Below, piece after piece: positions 50,801 to 63,788 of a stretch of DNA of 64,000 bases; the first letter of the stretch is position 1; every line of letters starts with the position of its first letter. The notes under the pieces are model-generated. The model had not been told where the DNA came from. It made no database searches and saw only the letters and a list, made by a program, of their open reading frames with translations. Both the position numbers and the translations under genes were made by a program. The stretch is from Podarcis melisellensis (Eukaryota): the NCBI GenBank assembly GCA_964234715.1, contig OZ174282.1; one strand, given 5' to 3'.

Positions 50801-53749
50801 GAAGCCTAATGTCCCATTCCAAATCAGATTCAGTCAAACCGCTTAGAGGAATTTTTGAACAGAATGGAAGGGTTGTGACTACTTGATCCTCAGAAACTGT
50901 GGTTATTTTAAAGGCAGCTGCAAATATGTGGATATCCAGCAAATAGGAGGATAATGGCGTATGTGCATGTCAGAATTCATTTTTAGCTTTCTAACATCCC
51001 CAGTATGAATTTTGTCTGTACATCCTCTGCTTTCCCCAAATTCTGAACGTAGTCTTCCAAACCAAACCTTGTGGGAGGTAGGACATTCTTTCATTGGTGT
51101 GGAATCTAGGCTGGAAAAGTATGGCGTTCTCGGTCGCCAGCCGAGTGCAAGACCACAGATGTTTGACATGAGGTGCATATCAAGCTGGAGTTAAACTTTA
51201 GCCTAAATCACACATTACTCATTTTGGTGTTGAAGTAGGAGTGGTGTGCACTTTTAATCTTGCCCTTGGTGTGACATCTCCTTCATCATCTGTGTGTTGA
51301 ATCTGGCTGGCTCCTAAGGAACCCTAGCTAGGAATGGGTAAATCTGTCAGTTTCAGTTTATCTCAGATTGTGATTTCCTCTAGTCTTAAATTCAGTTTTC
51401 CACTTTAATGAATGAAGAATGAATATGTATTTCAGTGCATATTTCCCCCAAAAAAATATAGCCATTTTTTATTTTTTCCCTATTGTGATGCATTGTTGTA
51501 TGCTGTTTTTCATGAACGTATTCCCTTAATTTGTAGTGAACATAACCCCCGTGGTTAGAAGATCTAGTGGGAAGGACTGTAGCTCAGTGATAGAGCCACT
51601 CCTTTGCATGCAGATGAGGTTCAATCTCTGGCTTCTCCTGGTAGGGCTGAGAGGGACTTCCTTCCTGAAACCCTTGGTCTGACTCCATATGAGAGCGCTT
51701 CATATGTTCCTGTGACTAAGGCAAAACTGTTCACACTCCCTTTGGTGTTTGTGTTTGTTTGGCCTCTGCCCGGAGATTTAATGTTACATTTATAGCACTG
51801 AAATATTTTTGTGGGGTATGTTGTTACATATATGCCCTTTTCATACTGCTGTCATTATAACATTGTTCTTGCAGTTGTTGTTTTTTTTTATGTATTGCCA
51901 TTCTCATAATTGTAAGCCATATTATTATTTTTATAATTTAATGGAAAGACAGCATACAAATCAAGCAACAATGAGAAGTTTATGCTGAAGGACAGTGGAG
52001 AACATTCTGTGAACCAGCCATAGGACTTCTTCACTCTCTAATAAAGCAAGCATTTAATGGAAAGAAGAACATATTTTTGGTGTGCTTAGTTTTTTCTTAA
52101 CTCCCAAATAATTTATATTTAATGAATGATTGTACAGGCTTCCAGTTTATCATTTAGACTTGTCCCTGGGGCCCCTTCTCAGCATGCAAATACAGCTCAT
52201 CTACTGTTGCTTTTTGAAAATCACTGTGCACAGGGAGAACATCTTATAATTCCTGTTTAAATCTCCTGACAGGACGGGACATGGATGAGTAGGAAGTCTC
52301 TGGCTTGGTCCCTTCAGTAAAGAAAGTATGTTTGTCTCAGGATATATATTTAAGAGTGTAAAACATCTTAAGGATTGATTACAGGCTCAAGAGAGATCTT
52401 CAATTAAAAAAAGACAACAACCCAGACTGAAGCTGAAGTAGCCCTTTTCATGCAAATATCTATGTGGGGTTACCCCTGAAGATGGTCAGGGAGCTGCAGC
52501 TGGTACAGAATGTTGCAGCCTCACTGTTGTCAAGAAGTGCAGGGAGGGATAATCTAATGAGAGCCAGTGTGTTGGTTAGAGTGTCAGACTAGGACCTGGT
52601 AGACCTTGTTAGGTCATAATGCTCACTGGGCAACCTTGGGATAGTCAGTGATTCCTAGCCTAACCTACCTAACAGGGTTGCTGTAGGGATTAAATGTGGA
52701 GGGGGAGAACCATGCACACCACACTGAGCTCCTTGGAGGGGGAGAAAGGTGAGATATAAATGCAATAAATAAATACCACTCTGGTGCTTAAAGCACCCCA
52801 CTGGTATGCTGGGAAATACTACACGTAAAAGAGTGTCTTCCCCAGTGCCTTATAGTGAGGGCTTATCCACATGAACCTTTTGCTCCACCCTTCCCAGGCA
52901 CAGATCCATGCTTTCAAGCTCTGTGTCCGAGTGCTTCCTTGCTCCCTGCCATCCCCCCCCCCCCAGAAAACCTCCCTGCTACCTGAAGGCATCCTTTATT
53001 GGAAGTGCTGTTATAGGTACAGTGTAAAGATAAAGAACCCTGTGGAGGGAGAGCCTTGAAGTTTCCCATCAACAGCAAACTGAGCAGGCATGCAGGTCGC
53101 CTGGCCTCAGTTTCCCCTCAATATGCTGAGATGCATTTATATTTAAATTATAGTAATTATTTCTAAATGTGGATCTATGCTTGTAAATTGGCATCTGCAC
53201 ATTTTATACAAAACCTGAGTTCTCTTTTTCCCTCTCTTTCGCAGCTGTTAAAGGCAAGGATCCTCAGCACAAACTAAATCCTACTAAAACCTTTCTAAAT
53301 CCTTCTAAAATCATAACAATGCAATGGCTTAAATATTCACACCAATCCAGAGGCTAAATTTGCTACAATTTGAATATGGAATGCTAAGACTCTTAGGCTG
53401 TACACACACCATACATTTAAAGGACAGTTTAACCCCAAAGAATCCTGGGAACCAAACTATAATTCTCAGAACTCTTAACACAGAGACTATTGAACTACAG
53501 TTCCCATGTTTCTTTAGGGGTGATACAATTGCATGGTATGTTGGATTTGGCCATGGTGATACATACCTTAGTTACATCCTGGCTGCACTACTGTAACACT
53601 CCGTTCGTGCGGATACCCTTGAAAAGCATTCAGAATCAGAAGCTGACACAGTCTGTTATTCCCATATACAGTTTTTTTGTGCTTAAGTAGTGTTTCTGAT
53701 GCATTATAGCTTGCAAAAGCCCTGCAATGTAGCCCACTATTAATATAGA

Positions 53750-54160
53750 ACAATAGGATTTCAGAGTAGGAAAAGACCCATGGGTGATCTAGCTCAGGGG
53801 TCGGCAAGGTTTACCTCACCTGGGCAGGTTCACTCCTGCAGGAATCACTCCGTAGGCCGGATTGCGTCTACATCAGCACAGACGCGATTTCCTGCTCCAC
53901 AGAAGTGAGTCCCCGCTCCACTGGTTTAGCGCAGTGCAGGGGACTAGTGAGCCATTTAAATGACCCCCATGGGCTGTTTGTGGCCCATGGGCCACAGGTT
54001 GCTGGCCCCTGATCTAACTCAACCCCCTGCAATGCAGGAATCACAATTTAAAAATCCCTGATAGATGACCATCCAACCTGTTTGAAAACCTCTGGCAAAG
54101 GAGAGTCCACCACATTCCACAGCAGCCTGTTTCACTCTCAAACAGTTATTACAATCCGAT
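53750..54160 (-). mobile_element. CR1 3' fragment interrupted by a hAT MITE
   Basis: Continuous with the 445-715 CR1 subfamily once 53795-54011 is removed. Confidence 0.75.
53795..54011. mobile_element. hAT MITE nested in CR1, 217 bp
   Basis: Termini CAGGGGTCGGCAA / TTGCTGGCCCCTG. 8-bp TSD ATCTAGCT / ATCTAACT. Confidence 0.88.
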
Positions 54161-57100
54161 ATGTGGTTAGAAGTGGGGTTGTGGCTGGTTCATATCTCCA
54201 GCCAACAATCCTTATTTATCTATATGATAGGGCCCAAAGCAAGGAGTTCAAATTACAAGAAAGTCTGCTCAGCAAACCATTAGGAAGAACTTTCTAAAGT
54301 TGTGAGCTATTCAAGTCATAGTTCTCTGCAGAGAGAGAAGGCATCTAATAAATAGTAAAATGATTATAATAAGAATTTCACTACAGCTGATAATGAGATA
54401 GATAATGTGGCTTCCAGCTGAGAGATGAACTGCAGTGGAGTGGAAACAGTGATGCATGTGATGCATATAAGGTGGAGCGGAGAATGATGCCTTCTTGCAT
54501 CCCTACTTCAAATCAAGGGCACTTTCGAGTGCAGAACTGTCTTGACAGCTTTTCCAGTAAAGGAAAGGAAAGCAGGCCACATGGGCATCCAATCAAGCAG
54601 GGAAACATTGGATGCCATCAATGGGGCAGGGTTGGACCAGGCATGGAGGAGGTATGGGAAATATTTCTGAACAAAAACAGCTTTGAGCCAGGGTGTGATT
54701 CCAGAGAGGGAGGGAGATAAGAGCACTGCAATCGGGCTGCTGTTCAGAGGCCGTTCTCGATTGAAGCTTGCCAGCCAACCGATCTCAGGGGCAAGCTTCA
54801 CAAAAACAGAGACAAAAAAAGCATGTTAAAATAATGAGAATCAAAAGCAGTGCCAAGCGCAGAGCATAAAATGAAGCAAGGGAAAGACAATTATAGAGGC
54901 ACCTAATGCAGTCAGAGAGTTTGTTCACTGCCTGGGGAAGATTATATTGACAGTGTTTCATGAATCAGGTGAGCCCTCAATCACAGCTCTACCATTTATC
55001 TGTAGGTGGTGATGGCATTTCTCACTCATCCCGGCTCTCCCGCACTCTGTCTATAGCAAATGCATACCCTGCTCTTGTGTTATCAAACTCATTATCAGAA
55101 CCACTGATATATGACCTTTTCTTCCCTCGACAATGGAGAATAATTTGCCAGACAGTCTAACGGCAGCTGGTGTCTGGCAAAGATACTTACAGCAGAGGTG
55201 GGGTGGGTGGCGTCAGATCATTTAGGGATTCAGGGAGGAAGTTTTCAAATTTGTTGCATGGTGTCATAGCAACTTTGAAAGAGACACTCACACATCAAGG
55301 GCTTCAAGGAAACGCTGAAGGCTACTGAAGTGAGGATGGTGGTGGTGATTCATTTATATCAGGGGTGGAAACTGTGTAGGTCTCCATATACTGTTGGACT
55401 TCAACAGCATCTGGAGGGAAGTGGGTTCCCGATCCCCACTTTATATAGGGCTTGTTCTACATAACTACACTGCCACTGCTGCTACACACAAATGTCCGTG
55501 TGAAACACTTTACAGCTCAACAATAGCCCTGGGCAATACTCTGATTCACTGTCTAAAGCCAGTATGGCGTTCGCATTGTGATACCGCTTTCAGACTTTTT
55601 CAGCCACCAGTACCTCACGGCTCACCAGCCGCTGCTAGCTCACTGCACCTCACTCCCTTTTCCCTGCCTGCCTGTGCTATGTTGGCAGCAGCCGAGATGC
55701 TGTGATGTATTGCCAGCTCAAATTGCCTTTGCCTTCACCTGAGCAAAGAAGCACAATGCAAATGGGACAGGAGGCTAATCAATTAAATATTGTTTCTGGG
55801 CTGCAAGCAGCAGCAACGAGTACCGATCATATGCGCTGGATTCAAGACATGGGATGAATAAGCAAGCACCACCAATTTCTGGTCCTGTTTTTGCTTTCAT
55901 CAGAATTCTAAAGCATTCCTAATCAGTAGAGACAATGAAAGGCTCTAATAGGTGATATGAAGGACACCTGACTGAGAACCTGTAGTGTGTCTACCAGTCA
56001 GAGTGGATTATACTGGACTAGATGGATAGACATTATGGCCATTTCCTATCTTCTTGTCTCCATGAACCTGTCCATTACAACAACATCAGCTAATATTCAG
56101 TATGATTTCCAATAGAAGATCCTTGTCAGGTTCAGCGATACTGCTTACTTCCCCAATAGATTCATATTGTGGAATATGCAGAAACCAGCAAATTCGGGTG
56201 TGAATTCTTCACTCAAACACCTTGGAAGAAGGAACATCCCTGTCAAATCACAATAGCCTATCACTCCACAGATCAAAGGGCTGATGTACTGTAAATGGGT
56301 TTTTACTGTGATTTAAGAGGAATCTATTAAAAAATGGGCTGACTCCCACATTCTATAAATTAATCTGAAGACTCCTTGGTTGAAAAATGCTGAGATATCT
56401 TCCAAACACGTTGTCATACAGATGACAGATGGGTTCTCCTCTTTCGAGGGTGCAACTGCAGCTAAGGAGAACAGAAGCCAGGACTTGCAAATGTGGAACC
56501 AGCTCTTGTATGTTGCAGTGAAATGTTCCTGTGTTGATGGCAGTTTCCTTTATTCCTATGGACAGCAACTTCTCATGGCCCTTCCTTTGTTCTGACCCAA
56601 ATTAAATAACTGGACTTTATTCATCCAGGTTAGCCTTTCCCCTCCTCTTGAGTCTTCTAGGTTCAGCTGTGACCACAACCACATACAAATGGAAGCCAGT
56701 TCATCTTGCCACAGCCTAATGATTACCAGCTTGTGTGTTGCAGAGGTGGGCTTTCGCACTGGTAACGCCAGTGTTATGGAATGCACTCCATGCTGAAATA
56801 TGAGCTGCCCCTGTATAAGGGTATTTATCTGGCTTTTGAAGATTACACAGGCATTCCATTGACCTCATGACCCAACTCCCCTGTTTTAATTCTTGTGTCA
56901 TTCTATTGCCTATTTTAATTTGTGTGTAACTGATTTTTTATACTTGCAAACTGCTTTGAAGCCTGTTATGGAATTAAGCAGTATATAAATTTGTTAATAA
57001 AGGTGATGATAAAGATGGAAGGTGTATTGAAGAATTGTGATCCAGATTGATTGGAATTTGACTATCTGGAAGTTATGGAGACAAGGGGAGCTCTGTTCTT

Positions 57101-58506
57101 CCATCCAGGAACCCCCACAAGCAAATGAATGAACCCTATATGTGTCCTGGAAACTGGTAATTAGAGGCAGAGCTACCATTTCACTATCATACCCACTGAA
57201 TATTACTCCCCCAAGAGGCTTATCTTCCGCTTGCTGTTCTGGTGCCCCAAGACATTCATAATTTAAGTTTTTGTGTTTTTTTAAGAGGTCATTTATGGTT
57301 GGCAAACAACCATGGGATGCAGGTTTCCACCTGGTCTTGGTTGGAGAAATTCTTCACGCTGTTGCCTAGCAACCTGGAAGGACTTCTTTTTCTCTCTTTT
57401 AACATGTCCAGAAGCAGCAAATTAGGTCAGCCTTGGGGCTATTGCTCTGCAAGGGGGGTAGCCCCCAAAGGAAAATGACGCTCCTTCTTAGAGCTGTATC
57501 CAGATTCTGAATTTATTCAAGGGGTTTGGGATCTGAGAGGAAATAGACTAAACCCCTAAACAAATTACTTGTGATATTATACATGCTTGGTATGGTGTGA
57601 TTTTTTAAAATATAAAAAATAAGCAAACAAAATAAAATACAGAAAAAAACTCCCCCTCCCATTCCAGCTCTTTCCCATGAATTTCTAAGCAAGGGGTGGG
57701 GGCGGAATGGCAACATTTAAACTACTTGTTAAAGCCCCTTCAAAGTGAGGAGATGTGGGGAGAGTATTAGACTGGGGAACAAATTTGGAAACATGTTTCT
57801 TGAGTTTACTGCCCGGAGCAATTTGTAAAGCAATTTTCTACCATGAAGCGGAAAAGTTGCACAAGTCACAAAATAGAAAACACACACAAAAACATGTTGC
57901 CAACACTTTCTTTCCTTCCCATCCCTCCCCCCCTGAATTTTTCTGTTTCTTTTTTCTTTTTCCTGGCCATTTGTTTTGCTGTATGCGTTCCCCAACCCCA
58001 CAGCCTGTAGGAGATAATGAATGTATTTTTTTTAAGGCAGAAGAAAAGGCAGATAAATAAAGTATGCAGAAAAGCTTTACAGAGAAAGCTTTGCTATGAC
58101 AGCACCATTCTTAAAATAATGTGGCTTTATCTGAACATCTGGGACACGCTGAACTAAATGGATGGGATTATTTAACTATAAAACTTGACAAATTGCATCT
58201 TTTTGTTGAAATCAAAATGAACACACTGTTCAGCATTTACTCCTCATATTAATCTGTTGTCAATGGTTTCTCTTTACTTTTCTTCAAATGTGTTAAAGCT
58301 GTGACCTGTAAATGTGATGTAACAGGCAATCCTATTAGTCGTCCCATTTCCCCAAGTCATCAGGAGTGGTGTTTGTGGCTTGGCATGGTGGGTATGTGTG
58401 CAGCCAGCTCCCAACCTCAGCATACCAGACTGGGTAGTTTCCCACCCCCTGTGGTCAACACTGGATGCTGGGAAATCCCATAAGTCATAGTCAATCAGCA
58501 TCCAGC

Positions 58507-58636
58507 ATCATAGAATCATAGAATTGTAGCACAGGAAGAGGGGGAAATTTGGGGTCATCTAGTCCAACTCCCTGCAATTCAGGGATCTTTTGCCCAATGT
58601 GGGGCTTGAACCCATGTTCTACCAACTGAGCTATCC
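58507..58636 (-). mobile_element. tRNA-Lys-derived SINE with CR1 tail, internally deleted
   Basis: Antisense ggatagctcagttggtagaacat...gggttcaagccccacattgggc...gagttggactagatgacc...attctatgattctatg. Confidence 0.78.
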
Positions 58637-60707
58637 TAAGCATTTTCCATTCTGCCCTGTGTCCAACAAACACAACACTGTTTCCATTCTGCTGCAGTTC
58701 TGCCTAAAAAACCCCACACGATTCATCTCACTTTTTGCTGTAACTGTAAATTATGTAACTTACACAAGTAACATAATTATGAACACTAAGCAAGTTAAGT
58801 TGCTATTACTTTACTCTATCCCAATTCACTTCAATGCAAATTGGGGTAGGGGAAAGCATAAGTGATTGTATGCAACAACAGTGAATACCAATCATATTCA
58901 CTGTATTGATTTTATCCACCTGTTGGAATTCCCCGACATCCCTACTCAGTGTTGTCCAAAGTGGGATTCCTGCCCTTCCCTGACATTGACAAATTATTGT
59001 TTGGTTTGCCTTCTGCTGCTTTTTGGAACAAGGTAGAAGTGGAATGGAAATGGGCAACACATCATTAAGAGCACAAATGATCAGATATTGCTGGGAAGAT
59101 TCTGTTTGCAGGGATCTCTCTTCCTCCCCTTGAGATATACCAGCGAATTTATTTAAATCTAAACGCTGCTGTTCCCACCATATGGCACTCTCCAAGAAGC
59201 TTAAAATAAAACTGCAAATAGATAAGAAAACATTATTCAGTTAAACTCATGAAAATATATATAATTAGCTCTGTTTAGAGCCCTGTTCCTATTACTAGCT
59301 TAATATCATAAGCCCCATCTTCACCGTACATTTAAGGCACTTCAAGCACTCAAGGCTTTCCCCAAAGAATCTTGGGGTGTATAGTTTATGGTTTAGCCAT
59401 CAATCCCTCTTCCCAATGAATTCTGGGAAATGTTGCCATCACTAACTCTTGTGGGTGAGAATTCAACAGTTTAGCTATGTGCTGAAAGAGGCCTGAGTTG
59501 GAGAACTGAATTCACTATGTGAGATTTTAGACTGTCCCCACTTTCAGGTGGGATTCCATTGCCAGCAAATTCAGGCTCTGTTGTTATAGTTGATCAGGAG
59601 GACTTCTGCAACAAACCCACTCCTCCACCCCCCAAATATCAGACATTTTGCAATAAGGAAAGTGACAGAAAGATGCAATAATGGACAGTGCAGGGTGACA
59701 CTTGCCTTAACGCAACATCTTCTTAACAAAGAAATCAGAATGAATTAAACAGCCAACATGGTCTAATCTCCCTGCAAACAAATTAGGATGAATGTTCAAT
59801 AAATAGGCTTCCTGGAAGTGCCCTCTTGGACCATCTTCCCCCGTGAGGTTAATTCAAAAACAATTCTTATGGTGCGCATGATCATGTTACTTTGGATTGC
59901 CATTCTTATTTCCCCCCATTAACTCTTAATGTTTTTGTCACTGCCCTTCACACACACCTACATTTTCCCCCTTTCTCTTTCTTCAATGCCAGCTGTTTCT
60001 CCTTGTTCATTTCAAAGCTACTATCAGATCCCCGACTCTGTCAATATTTGAATAGCATTCATATTTACATGTAAAATGATTCAATATATTTGCCTGACTT
60101 CCCCTCCCCCCTCTATATGTTGCAACTTAGCACTGTGAGGGAGGGAGGGGGCCTAGTGCCAATGCCACTTTGCTAATAAAATAGATATACAAAATACCCT
60201 AGTATGCTTTTCATAATGCATTGCATGATACCTTTTCCAGATAGTGTCAGTTTTTTTCAGAGGTATTTGATAGTAAAAAGGCTCAAGTATTTATAAAGTT
60301 GCCTCTATCATCACTCTGTGCTGCAATATTTACAGTAAATATTGGATCCATTAGGTTTATCTGCCGCAGTATAATATCCAGAAATTTAATTTATCTGTCC
60401 TGAAAAGGATTTGAAAAAAGAAGGGAGGGGGGACAGGCAGCATTGCTATGAAGATGGAAGCAACCAAGCTTATCTCTTCTCGACAAACAACATCTACATT
60501 CCAAATTTGTATTTCTACATTCATGCTGGCTTCTTGTGTCTGGACTAAGCAGCCAGAAAATAATAATAATACACACATCCCTATATTTCCACAAAGATTA
60601 AAACAACAACAACCACCCAGAAGTCTTTTTTTGTGTCCTCTGGAAGCCAATGACCCCCCCCAATGAAATGTAAATCCCATTGTGTTTAAATAGGTGACTT
60701 AGCTAGA

Positions 60708-61499
60708 TGTTGCAGATATTGGATCATCTTAAATGATGGTCCTGGTTGTGGGCAGGCCCAAAACACAGTCCCCCCCTTCCTGGCATGGGGGGAGTGATGC
60801 CCTTTACTCCAGGCCTAAGCCTATACCACCCCAGGCCTCTTTTGGCCAATCACGATCGAGTGGGGTATCGTGGGGGGGTACAAAAGTGGCCGTGCGATGT
60901 GTGCCGAGCACCTGCTTCGTTCTGCCAAACACCAGCCCACCCTCCCTTTTGTTTTAGGCGCCCTCTGGCCTTGCTTTGGACTTTGATTGGTCGCCTGTCT
61001 TAGGCTGGGGGCCGGGTAGGATTTTTTTTCCGTTTGGCAGATTGGCACTGGCCACTTGGTTTTCGCCTACCTCTTAGCAATCGTCACAACTTTGTAAGGT
61101 TTGGTGGTTAGGCATTGGCTTATTGATGTGTGGGGAGGGGAGGTCAACCATTGCCTGCTCCTCCATGTTCAAGGGTATTCCGTTAAAGGAATCCGGGGCC
61201 TGGATCCTGTCCGAAGTCCACTTGAAGGGCTAGGATCATGCCAGGCCTCTGAGAACACTGAGGAGAGCTGCAGGCGAGTTTCCCCAATGTGGCTCCCTCA
61301 TTGGTGCTTTACCCTTCCTGACTCCCTGCAAGGTGAGCAGGAGACAGAGTTTATTGCCAATGCCTAAGCCTATACCACTCACATTTGCTGTTATCAATAA
61401 AGTTGTGGCCTAAATTTTGCCCATTAACCTTAAACCAAAATCTGTGTCTGTGAATTTATTTCTTCTGGGGGGCTGGCTTGGGGCCCTTGACACGCAACA
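60708..61499 (+). mobile_element. ~790-bp non-coding retroelement unit: solo LTR or DIRS/Ngaro-type terminal repeat
   Basis: TGTTGC...GCAACA ends, CCAAT box near 60845, AATAAA at 61396-61401, CpG-rich, 17-bp internal direct repeat, no TSD, and a homolog at 13285-13831. Confidence 0.65.
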
Positions 61500-63726
61500 A
61501 ATAAGTTCCTATGCAACTCACATGTTGTGTTAGGTAAGCAGGTGCTTACCTAAATAAAAAAATGTGGAGAGACTGTATCAGCAGGGCCAGTCACAAAACC
61601 ACCATGTGTTCAACAAAACTTATGCATAGATGATACAAAAACCTTTCAGTGTGCATAGTCTGTGAAAACATCATTTGTTAGTTTTAAATTAAAACATAGG
61701 AAGAGATTGCTGGATCAGGTTAATGGCTCATCATAGTCCAGCATAGTTGTATTATCAAAGGAGCACACGGCACATATATATATATATTCCACTTTTCCCC
61801 TGACAGGGACTGAAGACCTGAGCACCAGAGCCCTCTCCCCTCCTGTGGTTGCCACCAACTGGTATTCAGAAGCATTGCTGCTTCTGACTGTGAAAGCAGA
61901 GCCTAGCCATCATAGCTAGTAGCCATTGATAACCACTTTCTCTTTGCCATGCATAATTTTATACACTTCTATCTGTGACTGCTCACTTGCCTTTTCCCTA
62001 GACTAAAAAAGCCTCAAATACGAAATCCTTTCTTAATAGGTGAGCTGCTCCACCCCCTCGATAATATTGGTTATTAGAGTGTGCATTCGGAGCCTGTGCC
62101 ATTAAGGTGCATTATATTCAAGTGGTCCATAAAGGATAAGGGATAAATTTGATTTGGTTTGCATCTGAAAGACATTGGCTCACGAGTCCTGCAAGTCCTC
62201 CATTCCTGGAAAACACCTTAAATCTCAGAGTGACAGGTGGATATGTCTGTCACTAGTGGAAAATATAAGATGAAACATAGGAAACACAGGAGGCTGTCTT
62301 ATACAGAGTCAGACCAGCACAGTATTGTCTACACCAACTGGCAGCAACTCTGGAGAGTTTCAGGCAGGGTCCTTACCCTGGAGGTTGAAGCTGGGGTGTT
62401 CCATGTGCAAGGCAGATGCTTTACAATCAAGCTATAACCCTTTGCTAAATAGTACACATGGATAGTCCATGCACATGAACTCTAAGACACCATGCAGAGT
62501 ACATTGTTGCCATCTCTTATATTATATAGACCATAGATGGAGAACCTCTGGCCCTCCAGCCATTGTTGGACTCCAGCTCCCCTTAATCTCAGTAAGCATG
62601 AGCAATGGTCAGGGCTGATGGGAGTTGGAGTCGAACCACCTCTGCAGGGCTGCAGATTCTCCATCCCTCATCTGGTCACTACCATATTTTAATTGATAAG
62701 AGCAAGAGGACGGGACAAGGTTTCCAACTGCATGTCATGAAAGCTTCCCCTTAAATGTTTGGGGCATCCTGCTTAACATTCTGCTACTGCTGTGGCTTCT
62801 GGCTGGGAGGCAGATGGCCTCATCTGACAGATCGGGAAGAAGGGAATCCTGCTGATTTAGAAAGCTGTAAATGTTTACTTTGTTTTAAAACAATTATGAC
62901 CCATCCTAAATTAAGTTGTACACGCTCTCCCTCCTTTGTAACTGCCTTGCTGAAAGCCGGCTTTAATTGAATCTACAGCTTTCCACTCAGATGTAATTGC
63001 CCTTTCGGCACTAAGGTGCTTATAGAATTTCTGACAACCACTCCATAAGACAATCACGCTCTGCTCCCTGTGTTATGTCATTTTGAATTAGAAGGATGCT
63101 GCTCCTTTGTTGACAGAAAAAGAAAAAGAAAATCTTTGAGCAAAATCCTTCGCAGACAATTAAACATACATATTAATACAAAGAATTCAGAAATGTGAAG
63201 TGTGCTTCCTGAAAAGTAGCTTCCTTTGTACAGATGAGAATTAAATCTTGACAGGGGGATTCTTATATTTTGAAGGTCATCTCAAAGGAAAAACCTGACA
63301 TCAATAGGCTGGGGGGGGGGCGGATCAAGAAAAAACATCTGGAGGCTGTAAAGGCCTGAAATGTTTCATTATGAGGCAACTATTGGTGATATTTCTTTTT
63401 GGGAAAGTTATAACCAGTATTTTCTCAAGGAGAAACGGCCTCCATCTACAAAGGTCAAATGCAGAAGGTTGAGAGCATCCCTCTGGATCAAAGGGTCCTG
63501 AAAATCTAGGGCTGCCCCCTCACCACCACCCTTTGTCTAGAAGGCTTCTTAGGAGATGCTTCTTTCATACGAGTGGGTTCATGTCTATTTCTCTAAAAGC
63601 AGCCACTAGGCTGTCTCTTTTTAATGCTTCTTCTTTGAAATAACTCAACAGGCGCAACACTTTCCCATTCCAAGCAAAAATAACATAACTACATCATATT
63701 TGCATGGAAAATTAGGAAATGGACTT

Positions 63727-63788
63727 ATGAATGCCGCAACCCCAGTCGCCTGCATCTGGACTTAACTGTCAGGGGTCCTTTACCTTTA
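63727..63788 (+). mobile_element. Sauria SINE 3' fragment
   Basis: atgaatgccgcaaccccagtcg...ctggacttaactgtcaggggtcctttaccttta. Confidence 0.8.

Noticed and set aside
77-62970. The many short (60-174 aa) ORFs in the supplied track as genes
   Set aside because: They show no recognisable domains, and many begin at non-ATG codons. Those with homology are L2 or BovB remnants. This is intronic vertebrate DNA.
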